In this document: positions 38,801 to 47,525 of the stretch, one piece after another
Numbering within the stretch: the stretch's first letter is position 1
Layout of the letters: each line of letters starts with the position of its first letter
Source: Phoronis australis
Lineage: Eukaryota; Animalia; Phoronida
Assembly (NCBI GenBank): GCA_002633005.1
Contig: NMRA01000198.1
Location: 656,115-720,114 of the forward strand
Direction: 5' to 3'
Length of the DNA: 64,000 nt
Position numbers and translations under genes: made by a program
The notes under the pieces: model-generated
The model's input: the letters and a program-made list of their open reading frames with translations, nothing else
Told to the model about the DNA's origin: nothing
Databases searched by the model: none

Positions 38801-39357
38801 GATCAAGTTTCAGACCTTTTTGAAATTAGTTAGTATCCTTTATGGTGCAGAAACTAGCTTAGTGCCTCTTCAAAGTTTAGTTGATAATTAAGCAATGGTT
38901 TGCTTTGAACACAAAGTGTTGCCACAAACTCTGAATTTTGCCATCAACACTTGAGTGTTGCCTCAAACACTGGGTGTTGCTTTGAACACTGAGAGTTGCA
39001 CCAAACACTGAGTGTTGCTTCAAACACTGAGTGTTGCTTCAAACACCCAATGCTGCCTGGAACACTCAGGGCTGCTTTGAACACTGAGTGCTGCTTTGAA
39101 CACTCAGTGCTGCTTTGAACACTCAGTGCTGTCTTGAACTCTCAGTGCTGCTTTGAACACTCAGTGCTGCTTTGAACACAGTGCATTTTTATTAGATAAT
39201 AGATGAGTACTCGTAAACCAGTAACTCATGTCCGTTTGAAGTTTGGAGATTCTGAGTGCTGTGATGCAGTTATAGTTAGCACTTATTGCAACAATGTGAC
39301 CGTATTATAACTAATTTGGAGTGATAGCTATTGTAGTATGTGGTTGATTTTTTGTAA

Positions 39358-39397
<40 letters not shown>

Positions 39398-42300
39398 CCT
39401 CTGTTTGTCTTGTCATCATTCTCACCACTTGCCATTAGTTTAAGGACACTTCACATATCGTCGTCGACTGGTCATTGTCAATGCCTTGTTTGTGTACAGG
39501 CTCTATTTAACACATTCTATGACAACGATATTCTATGGTATTATTTCTCTGGCACTGAAGAATTTTGCAAACCATCCGATTTTTTTGGTTGTACTGGAGT
39601 GAAAAATCCTACTGCAAAAGACAAGATCACCTTGTCAGGTTGTATTTCGATTTTGGTTAGAATTTTACTTTCAACTGACAAATAATGTTGTGGTAGTCAA
39701 AAGTCTTGCAATAATAATCAGTGATACCAGTAGATATGATAATGATGATGAAATTGATTCCATTACATCAGGATCTGGTGCTGAGGTTCCTCAAGAGAGC
39801 TGCTACCAATCTACAACAATCTTTCAAGGTGGTTGTACCCAGCCGGAAACTACCATTGAATGATCGCCGGAGAATCCTGGCCAAACAGCTCGGCGACTTT
39901 GTGCACATTTACAGCAAGGTAAGTATAGCATAGTATAAGTGCAGCGTTGTATAAGACAGTGTACATTGGTATAAGTGTAGGATTGTATAAATGTTGCATT
40001 GTATGAGTGTAGCGTTATTTGAATGTAGCAATGTATGACAGTGGCATTGTATGAGTGGCATTGTACGAGTGTGGCCATTGTACGAGTGTGGCATTGTGGG
40101 AGTGTGGCATTGTGGGAGTGTGGCATTGTGGGAGTGTAGCATTGTGGGAGTGTGGCATTGTGGGAGTGTAACATGGTATGAGTGTGGTTTTGACCAACTG
40201 TTATTTTTGACTTTGTTCTTGTGAAAACTTTATGTTTATCACTCAACAATTTCTTATAATAAACGTTCAGATTATGCAATCTTGTGATTGGAATAGACAT
40301 GGTTTGACAAACATCATTGCTGGTAAATGGCATCAGAAGTAGACAGGATGTAACATTCGTTGTGGTTTGACTACAACAAAATCATGGAAAAATGTGGCTG
40401 CTAAGTGGTACTCATTTCTGTTTTCTATAGCTGTTTGTAAATTGACAGAATTTTGTAACAGTTTTCTTAAACGACATGTAATCCTTGCTTAACTTTTGCT
40501 GTTAAGTGAAAACAGTATTTGGTTCATTATTTATGTATTTGGGTCTATTAAGTCATTTTCGAACCAGGACAAAGTTGAAATGCGGCATTAACGCATTGGT
40601 TTTTAATGTTTGGGGTGTTTGACTTCAGAAAACTTAGCTTTTGAACATGAGACATGTGTGGTTAACATTACGTTTGTTTGACTGAGTAGTTAAAATCAGG
40701 GTATCTTTATCTTCAGGAGACCGAGCAGTTAAATATACGGAAGCAGATCGAGAAGAAACACATCCGAGGTCTGGATGAGGAGCCTACTTTGGACGAGAGG
40801 AGATTCTCTAAATTCATCACCATAGCAACGTAAGCAGAACTATCGCTTGTTTATCAACTGCGCTGTCCCTTTTTTAACTAAGCTTGGCTCCTGTCACCGT
40901 ATCTGTTTTAATAGCTCTTATTGGTCATAACATTATAATTTCAATAGATTTTTACAGACATAAGCTTCAGTTATAAGACCAAATCTCTTGGTTCGGTTGA
41001 ATTTGCGATGAAATTGTTAGATTCCATTCAGTACTGGCCATTCTAGATAGTGTTGTATTAGAGACATTCACAGTCTTAAGTGCTGTACACACACAGACTT
41101 ACCCTAGAACTCGTTACTCCTGAAACTGGTTGTGGCTGGGTTTGGGCTGTCTAGGCACTATTTAAACTAGTGTACTAATGACAACTTACTCCACCTTATC
41201 GAGGTAGGGTAACTTAGTCTTGCGCCATGTCTAATCACTGTGTGGCTGCAAACATGGGGCAAGACAAAACTAATTATCAGCTGCGCACTTGGACGTTACA
41301 TACATATGAATGTTTTTTTGCTCTGCATTTGTATCAGCTGTTCATTGGCATGTGCTAAGCGACAACTTCCAGCCTTGCTCTAGTGTGTGTGTGGACGCTC
41401 TGTTTAAAGTGGGAAAAGTTGCATAAGTTGTTCTAGGGAAACTCTGTGTGTGGATGGGACTACAAGAACAGACAGCCATCTGATGTACTTCCCTCAAATC
41501 AGCCAACAATTTTCTCACCATGAGAAGGCTATGCACAATTGACGTAACTTTCTCTAAAGTGTAATAACGAAAGTGGTGTGTAGTACTACATAAAAGCCAA
41601 GCAGTGCGATGATTGCCTATAACAGCCACCTTTGTGACTGAAGCACCTCATCTGTCATCTCATTCTGCCGCTCTTCTACCTCCTTGAAAATTCTCATATG
41701 AATACAGCATCAGTCAACTTAGAAGCTGGCATTCTTTTTTCCAGCGAGACGGAGCTGGAAGAGGTGTTGACTACATACACCAAGCTGAATCGATCTGCCA
41801 GTATATTCCTTGGCAGCAGTGCCAGGACAGTAGACGTGGCCACAGGAGCCCCCATCGTGCGTGCTCCCTCAGACACGAGCTTGAATCGGCCCAAGGAGGA
41901 AAAGGTCATCAAAATACCAACAAGGACGGAATATGAACAGACCAAAGGTAAATGCTCAAGTCATTCTGCATGCTGCTTTGATCCTTTACCAGCGTGATCA
42001 CGGTGTTCTTTTGGGACACCACTAATGCATACTGAAAGTTTTACAGAAAGTGAATTGGCCATTCTCAAAATTTATGTATGGTTGACAGTTGAATGCCAAA
42101 ATGAGGCTTGAGCAACATAATATAGAGCTGATTTGGCTTGCTCATTTGTTTGGAGATCGAGGAATTTTTTTATCCGTTCCTGTGTCTGGTCCTGAATAAG
42201 TTGCCAGATATAATTCACTTCCTATCGTTTTAGGTAGAAAAGAATACTAAAAGCAGAGCCATTGATGTTATTTTAACTTTTAATTATTTGGTACATGAAG

Positions 42301-45300
42301 TTCATTTGTGTTAGTGATTAGAATGTAGAGACTAATATTCACAAGTTATCTATAAAGAATGGCCAATTTTTTTAAGGTTTGCAAAAATTAAAAAGTTTGA
42401 AAACCCAGTGTCTTCCTTATCCTGAAGTGTTTGCATCAAGTGTGCGTTTAGTTGCTAGTTTGAAGTGAAAGTATTTGACATCAGTAAGCTTCTTGTTCAC
42501 TATCACCAGTGTGTTTGTTGACCCCACACCCTTTCTCCTGAACTTCAACCCTGTCCTTTGAACTTTGTTCTGTCCTTAAGTGTGTGTGTGTTTATCGTGC
42601 AGTGTTGTCTTTGCCATTTTTCTAGCTACCACTGAGGAAACCTGGGATGCAATTGGGCCCCGCAACACGGGAAACAATCCTGTGGCCCATGCAGGCTCCT
42701 CTCCATCGCTGCATCAGACAGCGAGTGTATACAGTCAGAGAATGGCGGGCTCCACACGCCAGAGACCAGCGTCAGCTGGTATGCATTCTCGTTCAGGTGA
42801 AAGCTTAGCTTGTAGCACAGATGGGAAGGCNTGAAGCACCTCATCTGTCATCTCATTCTGCCGCTCTTCTCCCTTCTTGAAAATTCTCATATGAACACAG
42901 CATCAGTCAACTTAGAAGCTGGCATTCTTTTTTCCAGCGAGACGGAGCTGGAAGAGGTGTTGACTACATACACCAAGCTGAATCGATCTGCCAGTATATT
43001 CCTCGGCAGCAGTGCCAGGACAGTAGATGTGGCCACAGGAGCCCCCATTGTGCGTGCTCCCTCAGACACGAGCTTGAATCGGCCCAAGGAGGAAAAGGTC
43101 ATCAAAATACCCACAAGGACAGAATATGAACAGACCAAAGGTAAATGCTCAAGTCATTCTGCATGCTGCTTTGATCCTTTACCAGCGTGATCACGGTGTT
43201 CTTTTGGGCCACTGCTAATGCATACTGAAAGTTTTACAGAAAGTGAATTGGCCATTCTCAAAATATATGTATGGTTGACAGTTGAATGCCAAAATGAGGC
43301 TTGAGCAACATAATATAGAGCTGATTTGGCTTGCTCATTTGTTTGGAGATCGAGGAATTTTTTGATCCGTTCCTGTGTCTCGTCATGAATAAGTTGCCAG
43401 ATATAATTCACTTCCTATCGTTTTAGGTAGAAAAGAATACTAAAAGCAGAGCCATTGATGTTATTTTAAATTTTAATTATTTGGTACATGAAGTTCATTT
43501 GTGTTAGTGATTAGAATGTAGAAACTAATATTCACAAGTTATCTATAAAGAATGGCCATTTTTTTTTAAGGTTTGCAAAAATTAAAAAGTTTGAAAACCC
43601 AGTGTCTTCCTTATCCTGAAGTGTTTGCATCAAGTGTGCATTTAGTTGCTAGTTTGAAGTGAAAGTATTTGACATCAGTAAGCTTCTTGTTCACTATCAC
43701 CAGTGTGTTTGTTGACCCCACACCCTTTCTCCTGAACTTCAACCCTGTCCTTTGAACTTTGTTCTGTCCTTAGGTGTGTGTGTGTTTATCGTGCAGTGTT
43801 GTCTTTGCCATTTTTCTAGCTACCACTGAGGAAACCTGGGATGCAATTGGGCCCCGCAACACGGGAAACAATCCTGTGGCCCATGCAGGCTCCTCTCCAT
43901 CGCTGCATCAGACAGCGAGTGTATACAGTCAGAGAATGGCGGGCTCCACACGCCAGAGACCAGCATCAGCTGGTATGCATTCTCGTTCAGGTGAAAGCTT
44001 GGCTTGTAGCACAGATGGGAAGGCACTACTTGGTGCCTTATTGCAAATTTTGTGGTAGAGTTCAATCTCAGACATTATTGCAGATTCCAGTAATAAGAAA
44101 TGGGCTTGATCTAGTCACATGATGGTGTTGTTTAAAACGAGGTTGATCGTCATTGTTAAATTTTTATTAAGTTTCCTTTTAGAGTGAATAAAAACCTTGT
44201 CATTTTATGTGCCCATGTATACCGTTCATCTGGGTGCATGCTGCTGTCATCTCTCGGTGTCTCACATCTGCTGCTGTATCTCCCAAACTTCTAATAGAAT
44301 CTTGACGAGATTTTAGTATTATTTTTTGCATTGGATGGGATTTCAAAAAATTTGGCTAATATGTTTCTATTGAAGAGATAATGGTGCCTTCTCATTTTCA
44401 GATGGAATTTGATGTGTGCTGTGGTGCCTTGTGGCCTCTTTTATTATTTTTGAGTCCATTTTCTGGTGTCTGACTCTATCTGCTTAAGTACTTGAAGGTT
44501 TATAATGAAAATAGGCAGATATGTCCTGTTAAGAAGACCACAGCTAAGGTTGATTTTTGGACGTGTTTGAGGACTGTGGTGCCTCCTAATGGCAATTTCA
44601 TTTTTTTACAGCCATGGAGTAACCCTTTCCACGAACTTTGTGAAAATTGGCAAGTGGTTTTCTGTGAAAGTGAGAATGGATGATCGGGACTTGTTTTTTA
44701 CATTTACCTCTGTAACTTGGGAATTCCATGAAATTTGTCAAATGGGTTTCTGTTAGGAAGTTGAACGAGTTCAATGTATTATGCGCCATCAAACAGCCAT
44801 TTTTATGAAACTAATAAACCTCCTGTAAGCCTACCATTTGCGGTGCAGTCTTTGGTGCATGATTTGTGTTTGTTGTATTTTCAGGTGATCTGTATATTAA
44901 GGACTTAAGCTTTGTCGTCAGTTGTACATAGGGTTTCTCTTTGGAAGGAACACAATCGAAATGGTTATTGTAGTAGAGATGTCATTTTAAAATTTCTTTG
45001 TTACATTCTTGAAAGTTGACATCAATTTTACAAGTGCAGTTGCTGAAAATTTCTACTGAAATAATGTTATACTCAACAGGTTCAGCAAGATCAACAACGT
45101 CAGGGCGCCCTCTATCTGCCCACTCCACGGCATCACGTCCGAACTCATCAACAATGTACAGGGAGAAACCCGATGGAAAATCTGATGTAGACGATGATGA
45201 GGATTTAAACAATGCTTTGCAGGTGTGTACTGTGGGCCAATGTGGATTATTGTGGAGAGGTGCCATTATTTTAGCGATCTAAAATTCCACTTTTCACCAT

Positions 45301-46619
45301 CAGTTGGTTTCGTTTACAATTTCATACATTACTAATCATTTCAATAATCTTCTAAGAACAATACAAATTTCAACAACATGCCAGTTTACAAGTTCAAATT
45401 TCAAAGCAACTGTCTCTGTAATTGAACTCAATATGTTTTGAGTGAAGGACAATGTGACTTGATTTGAAAAGTTGAGATCGTGAGTTTGTGGAATAAAATA
45501 ATCAAATTCTGCTCATTAATGTCTGCATTTCTTTTGCAGCGTATTGCTCTACGACAGAAGTCACGTACCTACTCTGCGACGTCCCGCTCAAGCATTCTTG
45601 TACAAGGTTACCCAACGACCACTGGTTCTACCAACGCTGTCCTCCGTGCTGCTCCACGCGTGGCTGCAGACTACGATGTTCGCCTCGCTGGTGGAGCACG
45701 GTCCGCCTCAAGCATGCAGCCCACGACTCGCTCACGAAACATGACAGACGGATGGGAAACAGCATCAAAACGCCGGTCGGTGTCATCTCGAGACTCCCGC
45801 CTTGCCGACGCTACTTTCAACGAATTTGTCGCCACCAACCAGCCGAGTCTTCAGAGTGATCTGGTGGCTGCCTACAATCAGGTGACTGGGGTGGTGCCAA
45901 TGAACGCAGCCACGTACGTGCCGTCTCGGGGCAGTACACAGTATCAGGTGATGCAGCGGGGACAGCTGGACAAACAGAGCCTTAGTGAGGAGAGCCGGCA
46001 CCAGATGGAGCTAAGTAAGGCCAAGCACCAAGCAATGATAGCCCAGGTGCACGCAGCCCAGAGGCAACCAGAAAAGCACCACCAGCAGTTTCAGCCCAAA
46101 CCCCCATCCACATCTGGAGGTGCCAAGAAACCTGTCAGCTCTCATAGACTGGCTAGGTGAGGTTTGATGATGGTTGTTTGAGAAGTGTGTGTCAATGATC
46201 TGAATAAATCATCCCTGTTGTTTGTACTGGTACTAACCATTCTTTACAAAATACAAATGTGGTAATTTTTTAAGCTTTTTAGTTTAACGCGATTTCAAGC
46301 TGAAAATTGTTTTTGAGTGTATCAGTCTGTCTTTTGATTGGAATTTAAACTTTCTGAAAATATTGGAAATTTTTCAAGTGGACAGTACGAATTTTTTGAG
46401 TGAATGTTAGAGATTTTGTACCAAATGGGTTGGCAATCTAGAAGTTCCTTGGTGCATCATCTGGAACATGCAGTGAAGTGTCCCCTTGTTTACAGTATGT
46501 GATGTTTAATGAACTTTATTTACAGGACCTCCTTGGTTGATGAAACTGCGTACAACTCGGGTTTCTATGGAACTTTGCAATACGACAGCTCCACTGGCCG
46601 CGCTAAACCCTCCATGTGA
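8715..46619 (+). CDS. TTLL5: Tubulin polyglutamylase TTLL5, whole multi-exon gene span (~30 coding exons, ~1278 aa)
   Basis: GT-AG exons in consistent phase translate to TTL motifs ([65 protein letters not shown]). They also give TTLL5-specific C-terminal blocks ([76 protein letters not shown]). Confidence 0.95.
9082..9300 (+). mobile_element. Degenerate tRNA-derived SINE
   Basis: A-box-like tggcttagtag and B-box-like gttcaaacccc; end boundary approximate. Confidence 0.4.
10102..10190. other. Assembly gap (N run)
   Basis: Ns in the sequence. Confidence 1.
10196..11141. mobile_element. Kolobok-like non-autonomous element
   Basis: TTAA flanks, imperfect TIR (a..gtacaca.catg), internal inverted acgtcatgggttgaac, acidic ORF 10400-10648 and a convergent degenerate minus-strand THAP (VAGGCSN..FPKD..CFAHF). 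The left end abuts the N gap. Confidence 0.7.
12575..12684 (+). CDS. TTLL5: TTLL5 exon
   Basis: [31 protein letters not shown]; phase 2 to 1; aligns to recalled IMWTGG..PVLVFHAD..RVIG. Confidence 0.85.
13292..13374 (+). CDS. TTLL5: TTLL5 exon
   Basis: [28 protein letters not shown]; cag / gtaagt. Confidence 0.92.
13864..14034 (+). CDS. TTLL5: TTLL5 exon
   Basis: [57 protein letters not shown]. Confidence 0.95.
14720..14786 (+). CDS. TTLL5: TTLL5 exon
   Basis: [22 protein letters not shown]; ends in phase 1 at GTAAGT. Confidence 0.93.
15086..15168 (+). CDS. TTLL5: TTLL5 alternative exon A (WIVKP loop, variant copy)
   Basis: 83 nt, phase 1 to 0, tttgtag / gtacat; [28 protein letters not shown]. 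Confidence 0.85.
16854..16936 (+). CDS. TTLL5: TTLL5 alternative exon B (WIVKP loop, canonical copy)
   Basis: 83 nt, phase 1 to 0, ttgtag / gtaagt; [28 protein letters not shown]. Confidence 0.93.
17444..17513 (+). CDS. TTLL5: TTLL5 exon
   Basis: [23 protein letters not shown]. Confidence 0.93.
17810..17894 (+). CDS. TTLL5: TTLL5 exon
   Basis: [28 protein letters not shown]; ends in phase 2. Confidence 0.95.
18269..18370 (+). CDS. TTLL5: TTLL5 alternative exon C (MHLTNYS exon)
   Basis: 102 nt, phase 2 to 2, ctcag / gtgagc; [35 protein letters not shown]. Confidence 0.9.
19357..19548. mobile_element. Penelope-like inverted-repeat remnant
   Basis: 12-bp direct flanks tacactaacctt, internal inverted arms, hammerhead-like ctgacaaa-gagccca/tgggctc-aaaa. 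Confidence 0.6.
19617..19721 (+). CDS. TTLL5: TTLL5 alternative exon D (MHLTNYS exon)
   Basis: 105 nt, phase 2 to 2, ttgtag / gtaagt; [36 protein letters not shown]. Confidence 0.9.
20237..20328 (+). CDS. TTLL5: TTLL5 exon
   Basis: [30 protein letters not shown]. Confidence 0.95.
20864..20971 (+). CDS. TTLL5: TTLL5 exon
   Basis: [36 protein letters not shown]. Confidence 0.95.
21347..21428 (+). CDS. TTLL5: TTLL5 exon (catalytic D and E-x-N motifs)
   Basis: [27 protein letters not shown]. Confidence 0.96.
22340..22401 (+). CDS. TTLL5: TTLL5 exon
   Basis: [20 protein letters not shown]. Confidence 0.94.
22603..22685 (+). CDS. TTLL5: TTLL5 exon
   Basis: [28 protein letters not shown]; phase 1 to 0. 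Confidence 0.88.
23086..23127 (+). CDS. TTLL5: TTLL5 small exon
   Basis: 42 nt, [14 protein letters not shown]; long polypyrimidine tract, weak gtttgt donor. Confidence 0.65.
24920..25089 (+). CDS. TTLL5: TTLL5 exon
   Basis: RASRPSSAS...[36 protein letters not shown]. Confidence 0.94.
25358..25420 (+). CDS. TTLL5: TTLL5 exon
   Basis: [20 protein letters not shown]; phase 2 to 2. Confidence 0.88.
25904..25951 (+). CDS. TTLL5: TTLL5 putative small exon
   Basis: 48 nt, phase 2 to 2, ttgtag / gtgagt; [15 protein letters not shown]; no homology support. Confidence 0.55.
   Translation, partial: PQWGQNGGCQPQTHP
26170..26800. mobile_element. Repeat ending ...gacta with a terminal palindrome; related copy starts at 57985
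   Basis: Reverse complement of 26745-26800 matches 57985-58045 (tagtcttggt.caaagctg...gatgtgggtaaaaa); left boundary uncertain. Confidence 0.55.
27401..27553. mobile_element. Small MITE with ~33-bp imperfect TIRs
   Basis: actgtgtaatcctattttacatttgatgacc vs ggtcatcaagtgcaaatttggagtacacagt. Confidence 0.6.
27541..27696. repeat. 26-bp minisatellite, 6 perfect copies
   Basis: ttggagtacacagtggttactgtaat x6. Confidence 0.95.
29125..29242 (-). mobile_element. tRNA-derived SINE
   Basis: Minus strand tggcctagtg (A box) ... ggttcgagtcc (B box), followed by a non-tRNA body. Confidence 0.65.
29905..29968 (+). CDS. TTLL5: TTLL5 putative exon
   Basis: 64 nt, tttcag / gtaggc; supplies the required phase 2 to 0 switch ([21 protein letters not shown]). 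Confidence 0.5.
30518..30711. mobile_element. Penelope-like inverted-repeat remnant with hammerhead-like core
   Basis: Flanking aaaaagaatt direct repeats, inverted arms, cttgacaaagagcgcatcgctcgaaacgt. Confidence 0.6.
32690..32755 (+). CDS. TTLL5: TTLL5 putative exon
   Basis: 66 nt, phase 0 to 0; [22 protein letters not shown]. Confidence 0.6.
34666..34798 (+). CDS. TTLL5: TTLL5 exon
   Basis: [23 protein letters not shown]...; contains the YERKL motif. Confidence 0.85.
35818..36163 (+). CDS. TTLL5: TTLL5 exon (low-complexity linker)
   Basis: Open frame ending [15 protein letters not shown]; phase 1 to 2; donor runs into a (GT)n tract. Confidence 0.85.
36687..36801 (+). CDS. TTLL5: TTLL5 exon
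   Basis: [20 protein letters not shown]...ANEQM; gtgagt donor. Confidence 0.92.
38325..38403. repeat. 11-bp tandem repeat
   Basis: (tgaccac[a/g]ata)n, imperfect. Confidence 0.85.
38900..39183. repeat. 19-bp minisatellite
   Basis: (ctgctttgaacactcagtg)n, more degenerate at the 5' end. Confidence 0.9.
39358..39396. repeat. (TGTC)n microsatellite
   Basis: Direct reading. Confidence 0.95.
39772..39918 (+). CDS. TTLL5: TTLL5 exon
   Basis: [49 protein letters not shown]. Confidence 0.94.
39995..40185. repeat. 16-bp minisatellite
   Basis: (gcattgtgggagtgtg)n; explains the repetitive ORFs at 39824-40333. Confidence 0.9.
40717..40829 (+). CDS. TTLL5: TTLL5 exon
   Basis: [37 protein letters not shown]. 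Confidence 0.9.
41745..41947 (+). CDS. TTLL5: TTLL5 exon (second copy at 42938-43140)
   Basis: [23 protein letters not shown]...; phase 2 to 1. Confidence 0.9.
42626..42778 (+). CDS. TTLL5: TTLL5 exon (second copy at 43820-43972)
   Basis: [13 protein letters not shown]...RQRPASA; phase 1 to 1. Confidence 0.85.
45080..45222 (+). CDS. TTLL5: TTLL5 exon
   Basis: [16 protein letters not shown]...[10 protein letters not shown]; phase 1 to 0. Confidence 0.85.
45540..46156 (+). CDS. TTLL5: TTLL5 penultimate exon (can also read through to TGA at 46158-46160)
   Basis: [13 protein letters not shown]... long open frame; ends AG|GTGAGG. Confidence 0.85.
46526..46619 (+). CDS. TTLL5: TTLL5 terminal coding exon
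   Basis: tttacag acceptor, phase 2; [30 protein letters not shown]. Confidence 0.7.
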
Positions 46620-47472
46620 TGGATGCAAGAAGTAGAGTCGGCGGTGATGATTTAAAAATGTTCCGTTTTTTCTTGTACAGAACAAGTAATTTTGGCGCAC
46701 AGCTCTCTGTTTTTGTTTCACAGAGAAAAAGTGAGTGCGGCAAAATTTGCATAAGTCAGATTCAACTGGATGGAAAGATTTTGTTGTAGTAAAGTGAAAT
46801 CCCACTTAATAGGTGAAGAGCGAGTGTGTGAACTGCAACAGCTGTACTGCACAACTTGGTCTGAGTTGAGCCAAAGTATGATTTGTGCGGGTTTGACTTC
46901 TGCCAGTGTTACTGCAATTTGTGTCATCTTTCACTAGACTGGAGGTAATTGTTGCCTTAAATATCTTATTTCTATTTTTTGAAGTCTTTAGGTATCAATT
47001 CGGCTTGATTAAATGCCCAAGTACTCATAGACTACTAACAGTGAAAGTTGGAACTGAGAGCCAAATCAAAACGGGCCTTGGCATATCGATATCGGCTGCT
47101 TCGGCAAAATGGTGACTCGATTACAATTTGATTTATCGTGGCACCTTTAGTACAGTAGTAGTTACTTTCAGCGGTATTTCAGAGTTTCGCGTTTAAAGGC
47201 TACAGGCCAGGGGCATAGCTGTTATTATTCCTGGTGTTCAATCAAACATATTCAATACCCTGAGCTAATTTTTGTCGAACTCTTAACCCTGATGCCAATT
47301 TAAGACCATGTGCTTAATTGAGCCAAGGCAATGATTAACAATTACCTATCTCTGTTGCATGACGCATGTCCTGTACAAACTATGTTAATAAGGAGCGCAT
47401 TTCTGTTGTGGATTTGTGCAAAATGAATTTCCAGTCTTTGGTGAAAACTTACTGTGAGAACTCTTTCCTCTA

Positions 47473-47525
47473 CTTCACATTGCTTACCTTTCACATTGCT
47501 TACCTTTCACATTGCTTACCTTACA
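47473..47525. repeat. 17-bp tandem repeat x3 in the presumed 3' UTR
   Basis: (ttcacattgcttacctt). Confidence 0.8.

Larger units (their letters stand above)
41639..44024. repeat. ~1.19-kb near-identical tandem duplication joined by a single N (probable haplotype/assembly artefact)
   Basis: 41639-42830 vs 42832-44024, N at 42831, scattered substitutions. Confidence 0.9.

Noticed and set aside
39824-40333. 169-aa and overlapping repetitive ORFs ([10 protein letters not shown])
   Set aside because: Translation of a 16-bp minisatellite within an intron.
41639-44024. Apparent third duplicated exon set (two TTLL5 exons repeated in tandem)
   Set aside because: The copies are near-identical across introns too, encode the same peptides, meet exactly at a single N, and joint inclusion (356 nt) would frameshift. 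This is typical of uncollapsed haplotypes at a contig join, unlike the diverged A/B and C/D pairs. Read depth or long reads would settle it.
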